A stretch of DNA of 64,000 nt, from assembly GCF_009914755.1 (NCBI RefSeq), contig NC_060931.1; one strand, 5' to 3'. This document shows, piece after piece, positions 1-19,464 of the stretch; positions within the stretch are counted from its first letter, which is position 1; each line of letters starts with the position of its first letter. The position numbers and the translations under genes were made by a program. Origin of the DNA: the human T2T-CHM13v2.0 reference genome, Homo sapiens. The notes under the pieces are model-generated. The model was not told the DNA's origin, did not search any database, and was given only the letters and a program-made list of their open reading frames with translations.

Positions 1-197
1 ATTCTCCTGCCTCAGCCTCCCGAGTAGCTGGGACTACAGGCACCCGCCACCATGCCTGGCTAATTTTTTGTATTTTTAGTAGAGACGGGGTTTCACTGTG
101 TTAGCCAGGATGGTCTCGATCTCCTGACCTCGTGATCTGCCCGCCTTGGCCTCCCAAAGTGCTAGGATTACAGGCGTGAGCCACCGCGCCCAGCCTA

Positions 198-420
198 TGT
201 GATGCAATTCTGATGTCAACTCCCTGATGTTACCTCAAATGCCACAGGTTAAGGCCACCAGCCCCCACTAGGCTGCCCTCGCTTTAGACACACCTGCAGG
301 CTTGGGTGTCCTCAGACCACATGTACTTCTCACCAACTGGCTGCAAATTTGGAGGTTCCCACCATGCCCTCAAGTTCAATAACTCACTAAAACAATTCAC
401 AGAATGCAGAAAAGCATGAT
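198..420. mobile_element. LTR fragment (MER21/MER77-like)
   Basis: Resembles the MER21-type LTR at 55.5-55.8 kb (ccacaggtt...aactggct..aaat..ggaggttccca). Confidence 0.5.
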
Positions 421-1498
421 ACTTTCTTTCTCTTTTTTTTTTTTTTTTTTTTGAGACGGAGTCTTGCTCTGTCGCCCAGGCTGGAGTACAGTGGCCACCA
501 TGCTTGGCTAATTTTTGTATTTGTATTAGAGACGGGATTTCGCCATGTTGGCCAGGCTGGTCTTGAACTCCTGACCTCAGGTGATCCACCCGCCTTGGCA
601 TCCTAAAATGCTGGGATTATAGGCATAGCCACCATGCCCGGTCGACTTCTAGAGTTTCAATAACAGAGATGTGATTCAAGAAGGGACATGTTTTGTAGAT
701 GGCAGGAGCTTCATGAAAAGAAGCCAATGAAGGGCAGGACGTGTAGCTGTCTACCTACAGGAAACCAGCCAGGAGCCTCCCCACAGGGACTTCAGCACAG
801 ATGGCCGGGAAAATCTGCATTAACCTGAGCTCTGGACCTAAGAGAGGACAAGGCCTTGACTGTTTCTACAGACTCACAAGACGCAATCTCTGCAGTCCAT
901 GCCCATGGTGTGATCTGGGAAACGGGGGGCCTTCTAAATGCCAACAACAAGGAAATCAAATGTGCAACAAACAGAAATACCGGCATTGACACGGGCCATG
1001 GGGAGGCCTAAACAGATGACTGCAGTCCACTGCCAAGGTCATCAAAGGGGTGACTCTGAAATAAGAAATTTCAGACGCCATGGCCCAAATAGCTGCATGA
1101 GGTGGGGAAGTCCTCCACAAGCCTCTGCTTCCTTCAGTACCTGTTTATGAAATAAGCTGAGGTACTTCCCTGGGGAATTTCCTTTCTCTTTCTTTCTTTC
1201 GAGATGGAGTCTTGCTCTGTCGCCCAGGCTAGAGTGCAGTGGTGCAATCTCGGCTCAATGTAACCTCTCCCTCCTGGGTTTTGGCAATTCTCCTGCATCA
1301 GACTTCTGAGTAGCTGAGATTACAGGTGCATGCCACCATGTCCAGCTAATATTTGCATTTTTAGTAGAGACAGGGTTTCACCATCTAGGCCAGGCTGGTC
1401 TTGAACTCCTGACCTCGTGATCCACCCGTCTTGGCCTCCCAAAGTGCTGGGATTACAGGTGTGAGCCATCACGCCTGGACTTTTTTTTTATTTTTTGA

Positions 1499-1699
<201 letters not shown>

Positions 1700-2125
1700 T
1701 GAACCCCTGACCTCTAATGATCCACCTGAATTGGTTTCCCAAAATGTTGGGATTACAGGCACAAGCCACTGCGCCCAGCCCCTCCCATACCTCTTTTGGT
1801 CAAGGCAGCACAATTCAGAAGAATCTTGCCAGGGAAGACTGGTAAATGGACATCAACGTGATGCCTATGGCTCCTGGTGGATTTAGATACCTCCTGGTGC
1901 TTACTGATATCTTTACCAGTTGCATGGGGGCTTTTCCATGCCAGACTGAAAACGCAGGAGATCACTGATCAACCTTCAACTATTTACTAGCAGAACACTG
2001 AGGGGACTGTGCGGTCACCAATACCTCCTATTGCACTTGGATAAACACCTCCCAGGAAATAGAGATGAATAGAAAGGACATAGTCAAACAAGCAGAATGG
2101 CTGCATTCCTTCAACCAGAAGGGCC

Positions 2126-2510
2126 ATTAGTCTTGTTTTCACACTGCTATAAAGAACTATGAGAAACTGGGTAATTTATGAAGAAAAGAGGTTTAATTGA
2201 CTCACAGTTCTGCAGGCTGTACAGGAAGCATGGCTGGGGAGGCCTCAGGAAACTGACAATCACGGCAGAAGGCGAAGGGGAAACAGGCACGTCTGGCCAT
2301 GTTGGAGCAGGAGAGACAGAGAGAGTGAAGTGGGAGGGCTGCACGCTTTTAAACAACCAGATCCCACAAGCGCTCACTCAATATCACGAGAACAGCAAGG
2401 GGGAAGTCGGCCCCCATGAGCCAATCACCTCCCACCAGGTCCCTCCCACAACACTGGGAATTACAATTTGACATGAGATTTGGGTGTGGATACAGAGCTG
2501 AACCATGTCA
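2126..2510 (-). mobile_element. MST (MaLR) solo LTR inserted in the env remnant
   Basis: attagtc...gaaaagaggtttaattgactcacagttctgcaggctgtacaggaagcatgg...acatgagatttggg is typical of MSTA/MSTB. Confidence 0.85.
2206..2292 (-). other. Candidate LTR-derived downstream exon of the PMS2 pseudogene transcript
   Basis: ccag|ACGTGCCTGTTTCCC...GCAGAACT|gtgagt inside an MST LTR. Spliced to exon 5 it adds [10 protein letters not shown], resembling recalled C-termini of PMS2-like products. Confidence 0.6.
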
Positions 2511-2551
2511 AGGGTAGTTCAACCGCTGAGATTGATTGATTGATTGATTGA

Positions 2552-2698
<147 letters not shown>

Positions 2699-3211
2699 TA
2701 ATTTTTGTATTTTTAGTAGAGACAGGGCTTCACCATGTTTGCCAGGCTGGTCTTGAACTCCTGACCTCGTGATCACCCTGCCTCGGCTTTTCTTTTGCTG
2801 GAATTACAGGCGTGAGCCACTGCACCCGGCCAACAACGGAGATTTAGAAGGCAGTCGAGTCCACTATACCGCACCTCACCTGGTTTCTTCCTCTGTTGGG
2901 GCCCCTGGTGGCCACTGTTCTGTTACTTTTTGGTCCTATTTATTTAAATGGATGGTGAGCTGTTTGTCCTCCAGGCTCCAACACTTCCACCTTCAGCTTG
3001 TATTACAACAATACCAGCCTTTCAAGCTACTCCAGGTGACCCCAGAACTCATTTGAACTCAGAAGCCCAAGAGTTTCATTCCTTTCACTTTAGGGGACTC
3101 AGTGCCCTGCTCAGCATGAAGTCAAAGCAGAAGCATGACCTCCATCCCTAATCCCTCAAGAATGAGGAGTGGAAGGTGTTGGCAGGAGGGTGGGGGTGAG
3201 GTTTGTAGATC

Positions 3212-3915
3212 TGTAACTGCATCAGACCAAATCTGGTTCAACTTTTTTTTTTTTTTTTGACGGAGCTTCACTCTTGTCACCCAGGCTGGAGTGCAGTGGT
3301 ATGAACTCAGCTCACTGCAACCTCCACCTCCTAGGTTCAAGTGATTCTGCTGCCTCAGCCTCCAGATAGCTGGGATTATAAGGGTGCACCACCACACCTG
3401 GCTAATATTTATATTTTTAGTAGAGACGGGGTTTTACCATTTTGGCCAGGCTGGTCTTGAAGTCCTGACCTCCACCTGCCTTGGCCTCCCAAAGTGCTGG
3501 GATTACAGGCGTGAGTCACTGCACCCGGCTCAGTTCAACTTTTATGTAATGAGGTTGTCAGTTGTTTTTCAATTGCCATGGACCCACAGGTTGAAGGGCA
3601 TGTACCCTGTGCATGCCCAGGTTAACCAAGCATGCAACCATGGAGTGGAAACTAAAAGCTCGGCCTGAAGAGCTGAGACTGATTTAAGAACTGGACACTC
3701 CATGGCAGGAGCCAGGATCCAATCAGATTGAGTTTTGGTGTCACCCCATGGCAGGATCCAGTCAGATCACACCTCCCAGCATTACTTTATTGCAAGATCC
3801 AATCAAATCACAACTCATTACCCTATGCTTATAAAACCTGACATAGCCCCCAGCTGGGTAAGGGAGATTTGAGTATTTCTTTCTGTGTTCTTGCTAGCTG
3901 ACTTACAAAAAAGCT
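3212..3915 (+). mobile_element. ERV LTR (family uncertain) split by an Alu at 3243-3530
   Basis: Starts TGTAAC; repeated CCAATCA boxes, TATAAAA at ~3830; Alu flanked by duplicated GTTCAACTTTT. Confidence 0.6.
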
Positions 3916-3918
3916 TTA

Positions 3919-4356
<438 letters not shown>

Positions 4357-4541
4357 TCACATCCAAGGATAACCGCTGAGAACATGAAAGTGCTGACTCT
4401 TCCAGCCTTTATACTATACACATTTAGGCCGTTGTTTTGTTTTTATAAAACTGTAATCATATAATACAGATAGTTTTATAATCTGGTTTTTAAACACAAC
4501 AATTACATAACATTTAGCTGTTTCTTTTGCATTCAGATTCA

Positions 4542-5010
<469 letters not shown>

Positions 5011-5354
5011 TCACTGCAGCCTCAAGTTTCTGGGCTCAAGTGAATCTCCCACTTCAGCTTCCCAAGTAGCTGGAACTACAGGTGGATGCCACCATGCCCA
5101 GTCAATTTTTTTTTTAATTTTTCATAGAAACAGAGTCTCACTATGTTGCCCAGTCCTAATAAACACTATGTGATGAAAAGAAAAAAGTAAATCACCCTAA
5201 AGTTAAGTCTTTAATGTTAAGTCTTTAACGAGAAATGCAAATAAAGCATGTCTCAATAGATTATGGTAAGAGAATCAACTGAAGAATAAACATCTTTAGT
5301 AAATCTTTTGCTCATGTGCATTAACCAATACTCTTGAAAACCAGGATTAATTTA

Positions 5355-5603
<249 letters not shown>

Positions 5604-6672
5604 CTATGCTTTTCTTCACTTGCTTTTCTCTCAAAACTTTCTTAAAAAGCTGATGATCCCTCTGAGATAACCAAGATCTAAACGGTTGAGGAGTCATCAT
5701 AAAATCTAAGGTTTGGCATCTAAAGGACAGTGAGACAGAGAGCACTAAACATGCTTTGTTTTGATAAAAGCTTTGATTTCATTTTTCAGGTTGAATTGCA
5801 AAACCATAAATGATCTCAAGGTTTATTTATTCACAAATAGAGATTTGTTTTGTTATTACTCTTCAAATAAAATTGTTTTAAAGAATTAAAAAATTTTTTT
5901 AAAATTTTTAAAGAATCCAAAAGATATTATAATTAAAATGTATTTGTAGGGCAGGGTGCGGTGGCTCATGCCTGTAATTCCAGCACTTTGGGAGGCCGAG
6001 GAGCACAGATCACTTGAGGCCTGGAGTTCCAGACCAGCCTGGGCAACACGGCAAAACCCCATCTCTACTAAAAATACAAAAATTAGCCAGGAGTGGTGGT
6101 GCACGCTATAGTCCCAGCTCTTCAGGAGGCTGAGGCACGAGAATCACTTGAACCTGGGAGGCAGAGATTGCAGCGAACTGAGACTGTGCCACTGCACTCC
6201 AGCCTGGGTGACAGAGTGAGACTCTGTCTTAAAAAAAAAAAAAAAAAAAAAATACATATATATATATATATACACACACACATATATATGTATATATATA
6301 TTTAAATATAATTATAAAAATTTAGTATCTGTGCTATAATTAAATAGTGCTTTGGTGAAATGTTTCCCTAAAATTTGATGATGAAAAGCAATGGTAACTA
6401 TCATTTATTACCTATATGTTATGTTAAAATTGAGAAGTTACTGTTCTAATAAGGGTAACCATTTTTTTTAACAATACTATTTGCTTCATTTCATTCATTT
6501 ATTTCCCACATTTCAGAAGTACTAGGACTTAGATTGGCAGTGAGACAAAACAGAATTCAGAAGCTAGAAGCTGAGATACCGAGATAGAAAATTGTAAATA
6601 ATAACGATTCCAATTAACTTTCTGAGAGGTTTTTCTAAGGGGTCAAGTGAATGGATAAAAACATTGTATCAC

Positions 6673-6775
6673 CTCAGTGCACACAGTGAGCTCAGAGCTT
6701 CCCCCTGAAAGCCGAAAGTTTCAACCTCAGTTAGGTTGGCAAACTCTTGAATCTTACATGTGTGATGTTTCAGAG
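6673..6775 (-). pseudogene. PMS2P4: PMS2-like exon 4
   Basis: 103 nt; encodes [33 protein letters not shown] (MutL signature GFRGEAL altered to GFQGEAL). Confidence 0.95.
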
Positions 6776-6920
6776 CTGAAAGAGACTGTAAAGTAAGGAC
6801 TAAGATACCTCAAGTGCTAAAACAACGGATATACATGATATCTAGTAACTGGCTTAAAAAACTGTTTTTGCGTTTCCCAAGACAGTGTTACTCAAAATTC
6901 TGAGACATGTGGCCCAATTA

Positions 6921-7064
<144 letters not shown>

Positions 7065-7088
7065 TTATTAAAAATGGACCCATGCTAG

Positions 7089-7198
7089 CATGGCATGAAC
7101 CCGGGGGGCGGAGCTTGCAGTGAGCCGAGATCGCACCACTGCACTCCAGCCTGGGAGACAGTGAGACTCCGTCTCAAAAAGAAAAAAAAAAAAAAAAA
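7089..7198 (+). mobile_element. 5'-truncated AluY in PMS2-like intron 2
   Basis: Right-arm fragment flanked by TSD AAAAATGGACCCATGCTA. Confidence 0.85.
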
Positions 7199-7460
7199 TG
7201 GACCCATGCTATAAGCTTTTATATTGATATTATTTATAACATATGCAAATTGAAGAGTCATAACTATACCTTTAGTTAAACGTACGAGTATCATTTTGTA
7301 TATTTCATTTTTATAAAGCCCTTTCTGGCCATTTACTAGCCCAGATTAAATAGTTTAGCTTTTTCTTTCCTCTTTTTTTTTTTTTGTCCATAGGCTAGTC
7401 AAATGAAGCAGTTGGAGTGGAGAAGGAACAAAAAAATCTGTAACTGGTTGTGATCAATTA

Positions 7461-7892
<432 letters not shown>

Positions 7893-8311
7893 TCAAAAAA
7901 AGGAAATTTCCTGTTCCTTAATTTCCTCATCTGTAAAATGAAGATAATAAGTTCTATCTCATAAAGTTACTCAGCTGATTAATAATTTTTTAGGTTTATT
8001 TTATTTTGTTATTTTCTTTTTTTTTCTTGTTTTTTTTTTGAGATGGAGTTTTGCTCTTGTCACCCAGGCTGGAATGGAGTGGCATGATCTGATCTTGGCT
8101 CACTGCAACCTCCACCTCCGAGGTTCAAGCAATTCTCCTCCCTCAGCCTCCCGAGGAGCTGAGATTACAGCCATGCACCATCACATCTGGCTAATTTTTG
8201 TATTTTTAGTAGAGACAGGGTTTTACCATGTTGGTTAGGCTGGTCTTGAACTCCTGACCTCAAATGATCAGCCCTGCTCTGCCTCCCAAAGTGCTGGGAT
8301 TATAGATGTGA

Positions 8312-8638
<327 letters not shown>

Positions 8639-8988
8639 TAATAGAGACGAGGTCTCACCAATTGGCCAGGTTGGTCTTGAACTCTGGCCTCAAGCAATCC
8701 CCCCACCTCAGCCTCTCAAAGGGCTAGGATTACAGGCGTCAGACACCACGCCCAGCTATTCTGCAAATTAAATGAGATATTTCTGTGCAATTCTTAGCAT
8801 AACACCTGCCTGGCACACCATAAGAACACAAGAAAAGCTGTCGTTATTATTATTACTACCTAGCTAAGTACTAGGCACATAATAGGTGCTAACTTTAACT
8901 TAAAAATAATAGTTTATTACTACATCAACACTTGATAGTCTTATTTCAATAACAAATGTTTCTTGACTACAACAACACACACTGATCA

Positions 8989-9171
<183 letters not shown>

Positions 9172-9556
9172 TTACAAGAAACAAAGCAAGTATTCAGCTA
9201 TATATTTTCATCCTGATTTTAACTGTGGGAAATGACTCAACACTGTAAATAGTTTATGGGTCTAATCTATTCATTTATTATATTAACAAATACATTTATT
9301 ATATCCAGAAATAGAAACACTGTTTTACAATCCTTAAACATGTACCCAAGATACTTCTGGATAGATACTTCAAATTCAACAGATCCTTACTATCTAATTA
9401 TACTAGGATCCACATGGAGAAAACATACATTCTATCTCTCAAATTACCAAAATCTTTGGCAACAATGGTGTCTTTCTTGAAAACTGAAAGCATGGCCTGG
9501 TGGGGTGGCTCATGCCTGTAATCCCAGCACTTTGGGAGGCAGAGGCAGGCGGATCA

Positions 9557-9844
<288 letters not shown>

Positions 9845-10147
9845 TTAAGTTAAAATCATCTCAGAAATTGGGTACCAGTTACATAACTATTCCTTATACA
9901 CAGTTGCCTTTGATACCCTACTCCAAACTGAAGCTGCCAGCTGCTGTCTTAGCAAAGACCCTCAAAGTTCTTGCTGTACTAACTTTAAGAGTTTTATAAC
10001 AGTTTTATCTGCCCTTATTCCCTGCTCCAAGCCATCCTCCACTCTATCACCAGAGATATTTTTGAAATCACAGATCTGGTCAAATAATTTTTCTTCTTAA
10101 AAATTTACTAGTGCCCCACTTCCTACTACATGAAATTTAAGATCTAG

Positions 10148-10453
<306 letters not shown>

Positions 10454-10832
10454 TGAACTCCTGACCTCAGGTGATCTGCCCTCCTTGGCCTCCCAAAGCG
10501 CTAGGATTACAGGTGTGAGCCACTGCAACCGGCCGTCCCCTATATTGTAGCGCAGTGAACAATTGTTTCCTGAACATCACAAGCTCTTTTAAACACTACA
10601 GTGTATAAGCAGGTCTCTCTCTAAACCACTCTCCTCTTCCTCCTCTGCCCAACCAATGTCTGCTCATCCAAAGAATGTATCCCGTGTGTTCATTAACTTA
10701 GCAATTTCCAGTAAACCGTTTAATTGATAACTTGTTAAGAGAAGGCAGGAAACCTCCATGAAAGAGAAATCACTGGGTATTTCCTACAGCATTTAACACA
10801 TTGTAGGCCTTCAATAAACCCTTGTGAAATAA

Positions 10833-11198
<366 letters not shown>

Positions 11199-12110
11199 TA
11201 GGCATGAACTCCTGACCTCATGATCCACCCGCCTTGGCCTCCCAGAGTGCTGGGATTATAGGTGTGAGCCACCGCGCCCGGCCCACTTCAGATATTTATT
11301 TTCAGGAGGGAGCGCATTTAGATACAGACCGAAAATGTATTTAAATGTGAATACATTTAAATGTAGTTACTTAAATCTATCTAATATATTTAAATGCAGA
11401 GAGCGAATTTGTGTTTACATATCTGACATGGAATGCAACTGTGCTAGCCAAGATTCGGTGTAGCTTACCAGCCAGAAATCACATATCCTAACAGGTAGAA
11501 ATGCATTGCATTTTGTAAAACTGCGCAGCTATGCAAATTAGGATGTGTCTGGACGCTCTACCTTCCCCAAAATAACCTCAATTTTTTAAAAAGGCCAGGC
11601 AGCGTGCATCAGGCCTGTAATTCCAGCACCTTGGGGGGCCAAGGCGGGCGGATTGCTTGAGCTCAGGAGTTCGAGATCAGCCTCAGCAACATAGCGAAAT
11701 CCCCGTCTCTACAAAAATAAAAAATTAAAAATTAAATAATATAAAAATAAAAATAAAAGGGGAGAGAGAACAGGTAGAAAGGAAATGCATTCAGTCTATG
11801 GGGATTTCACGCTAGGGCTTCAAGTTCACGGCCCTGTGATGGGATGTGGGCAGGGCCTGTCTGGGACAGGCCGAACCCAGCTCCTTACAGGGCCGAATCC
11901 TTTGCCCGCAGCCAAAGACCCCGAAGGAGCCTGCCTCGGCCTTAAGGCGCAACCAAGGAGCACTGGATGGCTGGGGCGCTGAGGACGCCGCTCCGGGGCC
12001 TCCACGCCTCGCCACGCCCCTCGGCCATGTTCCCCCCATTTCCAGGGAGGTTGGAACGCCGTGGTTCTCAAGGAGGACGCGCGAGAAGGGAGACCGCGAG
12101 CCCAGCTCAC

Positions 12111-12133
12111 CTCTAGCTCTCAGCTCGCTCCAT
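12111..12133 (-). pseudogene. PMS2P4: PMS2-like exon 1 coding part with premature stop
   Basis: Minus strand ATG GAG CGA GCT GAG AGC TAG AG|gtgagc; PMS2 begins MERAESS, here codon 7 is TAG (12113-12115). Confidence 0.92.
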
Positions 12134-12486
12134 GGACTCAATACCCGATCCGCCTCGGGGCCTGGGAAAGTTCCCTCCACGACTCCCACAGGCGCCCCGC
12201 CTCCTGGGCTCCCATTGGCTGCTTTTGACGTTGTGCTCCACCCTTTCTGGGCGGGGCGGAAAAAATACTTCCCGTCTCTCCTTTTCGCCTATTAGCTCCG
12301 TCAAAGGTCGAGTCCGTGACGTCAAAAAGCATGGGCCAATCAGAGCACACCGGACTGCGTTTTTTTTTTTTTTCCGAACGACCGCAGCAGGGTCACAAGG
12401 GAGATGTCCGCCCCCAGTCGTAGCCTCGGACGGTTTCTGAGCGTTGGTGTTTGGCACGCGCCACCCTCTCTTGCTTTGGTTCCGCC

Positions 12487-12621
12487 ATGCCGATGTACCA
12501 GGTAAAACCTTATCACGGGCGCGGCGCGCCTCTCCGTGTGGAGCTTCCCACCTGCATGTACCGGCTCTCTAACGTGCAAGGCAGGAGCGGCGGCCCAGCG
12601 CCCGGCGTTGGCCACCTACAG
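12487..12621 (+). pseudogene. AIMP2 (JTV1/p38) exon 1 copy, coding part
   Basis: gccATGccg start; 135 nt encode [45 protein letters not shown], matching the AIMP2 N-terminus; donor CAG|gtagg, phase 0. Confidence 0.93.
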
Positions 12622-12820
12622 GTAGGAGCGCGGGCCCCTCCTTCCCCCCCACCCCGCGCCAAATGCGCACGCGCGGCGGCCGGCTGCTGGCCCGAGTCCC
12701 CCCGGGCCGGAACGAGTGTGTCCCACCCGGTTTGCGGTCCCACCCGGTTCGCGGTCCCACCCCGGCATTTGTGCCGGCCGGCCAGGGACTCACCCAAACC
12801 TTTATGTTTTAAAAGATTTA

Positions 12821-15160
<2,340 letters not shown>

Positions 15161-15735
15161 AAGGAAAAGATAAAAAAGATTATTCTGATCATGTATGTGG
15201 TATGAATCTTGACTGCAAATCCAGATCTGAGCGCTCACTATGGTTATGAATTCTCAAGGAGGAGTTATTTTTTTTCCCCTCCACTGCACCCTCAGGTCAT
15301 AACAAGCTAGTTTTCTTGCTGTCGCCATCTGCCCTATAGGTTTAGTGTTCAATCTCACTTCCTTGAGGATGTGACTCTTTGCAGGACCCAGCTTTATTTA
15401 GGTGCCTCCTCTTGGACTACTCGTCTTGGAAGAAGCTTAGACTCTACCTCCTGTGCTCTGCACTCCATGCAGCCATCTGGATACAAAGTCAGGGTCCCCA
15501 GGGATTAATGAAACCTTTAGGGCAAAAGTCAGTTTGCTTACCTCCCAGGGTTGCTACTACACCTCATTTTTGGACTATATGAAATTTTACCTTTCATTCT
15601 AGTTCACCAGTACATTGTGAAAGATGTTTTAAATGTTTTACAGAAGTTTAGATGGTTCAACTGGGAAGATCATATAGGATTTCTGTTCTGTTATATTGCC
15701 AGAAGTAGAAGTCATCTGTATTTTTTTTTTACTAG

Positions 15736-15832
15736 TCTTTGGTAGATGAGTGGCTGGATAGCTACAAGCAAGACCAGGATGCAGGATTTCTGGAGCTTGT
15801 TAACTTTTTCATCTGATCTTGTGGATGTAAAG
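15736..15832 (+). pseudogene. STAG3L4: STAG3-like exon (97 nt) with in-frame stop
   Basis: tag|TCTTTGGTAGATGAG...TAAAG|gtgag; [31 protein letters not shown]; TGA at 15814-15816. Confidence 0.92.
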
Positions 15833-15967
15833 GTGAGGAAACTGCTCCCCCTTTCTAATTCCCAGCCTTTTGTTCCTATGTTATGAATTCTTTCTCCATT
15901 TAGATAAGTAGGATTAGATATTTCCTAAATAAAGGAAGATAGTAAAGCATTAGAAAAATTTTACTTA

Positions 15968-16081
<114 letters not shown>

Positions 16082-16558
16082 CTACTAAAATACAAAAAAT
16101 TATCTGGGTATGTGGCTCATGCCTGTAGAATTGCTTGAACCCAGGAGGTGGAGGTTATAGTGAGCCTGGATAGCGCCACTGCACTCCAACCTGGGCGACA
16201 GAGCCAGACTGTCTTCAAAAAAAAAAAAAGAGAGAGAAAAGTTTCACTTCTTTAACTAAATTTTTTGTTGATAAATACGGGAAGTGATCCAGTAGGGAAC
16301 CATGTTGGTTTAGAGACAAGAAACTTTGGGGAAAAAGAAGTAATCATGCTTATGTTATGGCACAAATTTGAGGACACCTTTTAGTCTTTCTAGATGCAAT
16401 AATCTGTTATTTTCTTACTCTTTATTTCCCAGCTACTTTGCCCATATTTCTCCTCTGTAGCTGTGGTACCCCCAGAACTCTTACTGCCATGGCTTGATTT
16501 ATTGGGACAGATGGTCTCAGTCAGGTTGTATTATATAAGAAATCAGCGTCTGGCTTAG

Positions 16559-16884
<326 letters not shown>

Positions 16885-17255
16885 TAGCTGGGACTACAGG
16901 TGTGCACCACCATGCCTAGCTAATTTTTGTATTTTTAGTAGAGACAGGGTTTCACCATATTGGCCAGGCTGGTCTTGAACTCCTGACCTCGTGATCCGCC
17001 CATCTCACCCTCCCAAAGTGCTGGGATTACAGGCTTGAGCCACTGCGCCCGGCCTACGTGGCTAATTTTTGTATTTTTAGTAGAGATGGGGTTTCGCCAG
17101 GCTGGTCTTGTACTCCTGACCTCAGGTGATTCACCTGCCTCGGCCTCCCAAAGTGTTGGGATTACAGGTGTTAGCCATCGCGCCTGGCCTGTTTTGTTGT
17201 TGTTGTTGTTTTGTTGTTGTTTATTTTGGGGCACAGTTTTTCACTGCTTGATTCC

Positions 17256-18130
<875 letters not shown>

Positions 18131-18325
18131 CCTTTGGGTTTTTAGAGAGATTGCCTTATAGCAGATACACAGTTGGATGTTGGCAGACCGTTGACCAGGG
18201 GGTCTTTTGATTCCCCACCTAAGCTCTTTGCACAGTGTTTCCTTGCTCATATTCAGGTATATCTGTAAATGATCACAGCATCCTGTTATTTTCCTCGTAA
18301 GCACCTCATATCCTTCATTCTTTAG

Positions 18326-18401
18326 GCACTGTGAGCCCTGAGATGTTCAAGAAGATGTCCAACTCAGAGATCATCCAGCACCTAACAGAGCGTTTAATGA
18401 G
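18326..18401 (+). pseudogene. STAG3L4: STAG3-like exon (76 nt) with 1-nt deletion
   Basis: GTVSPEMFKKMSNSEIIQHLTE then CG TTT AAT GAG; one base short of the Q-F-N-E frame required by the flanking exon phases. Confidence 0.9.
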
Positions 18402-18683
18402 GTGGAAGAAGATGACCAGGATCCTCTTACCCCTCTTATTTCAAAACACAATGCCTATTATCCCCTTCTTTTTGATTCTGTGAAATAGGGTAGCTTTTAG
18501 AAGGTGGAGTTCAGTCTCTTGGGGGTAAAAGAGATCTGAATATGCCTCTCAAACTGGGGAGACAGCTAGGAAATGAAGCATAACAGATATTTTTACTAGA
18601 CTGTTGGGTTTTGACATCCAAGCCCCTATGACTTCATATACCTGGTCATAACTTTCCCATCCTTTTCATACATCCTTTTGTAG

Positions 18684-18888
18684 GACTCGGGGGACTATCC
18701 TCTGACAGCTCCAGGTCTATCCTGGAAGAAGTTCCAGGGCAGCTTCTGTGAGTTTGTGGGGACATTGGTCTGTCGGTGCCAGTACATCCTCCTCCATGAT
18801 GACTTCCCTATGGACAACCTCATCTCCCTGCTCACTGGCTTCTCAGACTCACAAGTCTGCGCCTTCTGTCACACTAGCACCCTGGCTG
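18684..18888 (+). pseudogene. STAG3L4: STAG3-like exon (205 nt), STAG domain
   Basis: [68 protein letters not shown]; ag|...|gtgag. Confidence 0.93.
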
Positions 18889-19312
18889 GTGAGCATTCAT
18901 TTTCATTCCGGACATTCTCCTGGGGATTTATAGGACTTTCCTCTGTTCTCTGATTCAGGGTCTTCTTTCCTACCTGTGTCTTGGCTCTTCACTTCAAGGC
19001 CATGCCTCTTTTATCCTAAACTTCAATCCAGTTTCTCACTGGTGGAGTTTTGAGAAGGGGTAGATCACAGCAACAATTTCCAGGCTTAGTATTTTTGTCA
19101 GAGCTCACCACTAGGGTATGCTGATGGTTAAAAGAAGACCACAAGGGTTAGAGGGAAACAGTCCACTCCAGGACAGGCAGTCAGGATTTTAGGGTCACCT
19201 ACCTCTGGCTTCTCATTTTTATTGCCCTTCTTTCCTTCTATTTTTCCTTCTACTCATCCTCTCTCCTCTGACCTCAGTAATGATTTCTTTATCTCTTTTT
19301 CCTTACTCAAAG

Positions 19313-19464
19313 CTATGAAACTGATGACCTCCCTGGTAAGAGTTGCCCTCCAACTGAGTCTGCACCAAGATATCAATCAGCGTCAGTATGAGGCTGAAAG
19401 AAACAAGGGGCCAGGGCAGAGGGCACCTGAGCGGCTGGAGAGCCTGTTGGAGAAACACAAAGAG
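19313..19464 (+). pseudogene. STAG3L4: STAG3-like exon (152 nt)
   Basis: [51 protein letters not shown]|gtgag (in ORF 19222..19566). Confidence 0.93.

Larger units (their letters stand above)
11900..12800. promoter_or_regulatory. CpG-island bidirectional promoter (copy of the PMS2/AIMP2 head-to-head promoter)
   Basis: High CpG density; divergent ATGs at 12133(-) and 12487(+); ATTGG 12214-12218, GC boxes 12249-12259, CRE TGACGTCA 12317-12324, CCAAT 12336-12340, NRF1-like TGCGCACGCGC 12664-12674. Confidence 0.9.

Noticed and set aside
5200-5230. Short tandem duplications (gttaagtctttaa x2; tgtacacagg x2 at ~38681-38702)
   Set aside because: Ordinary slippage events with no evident function.
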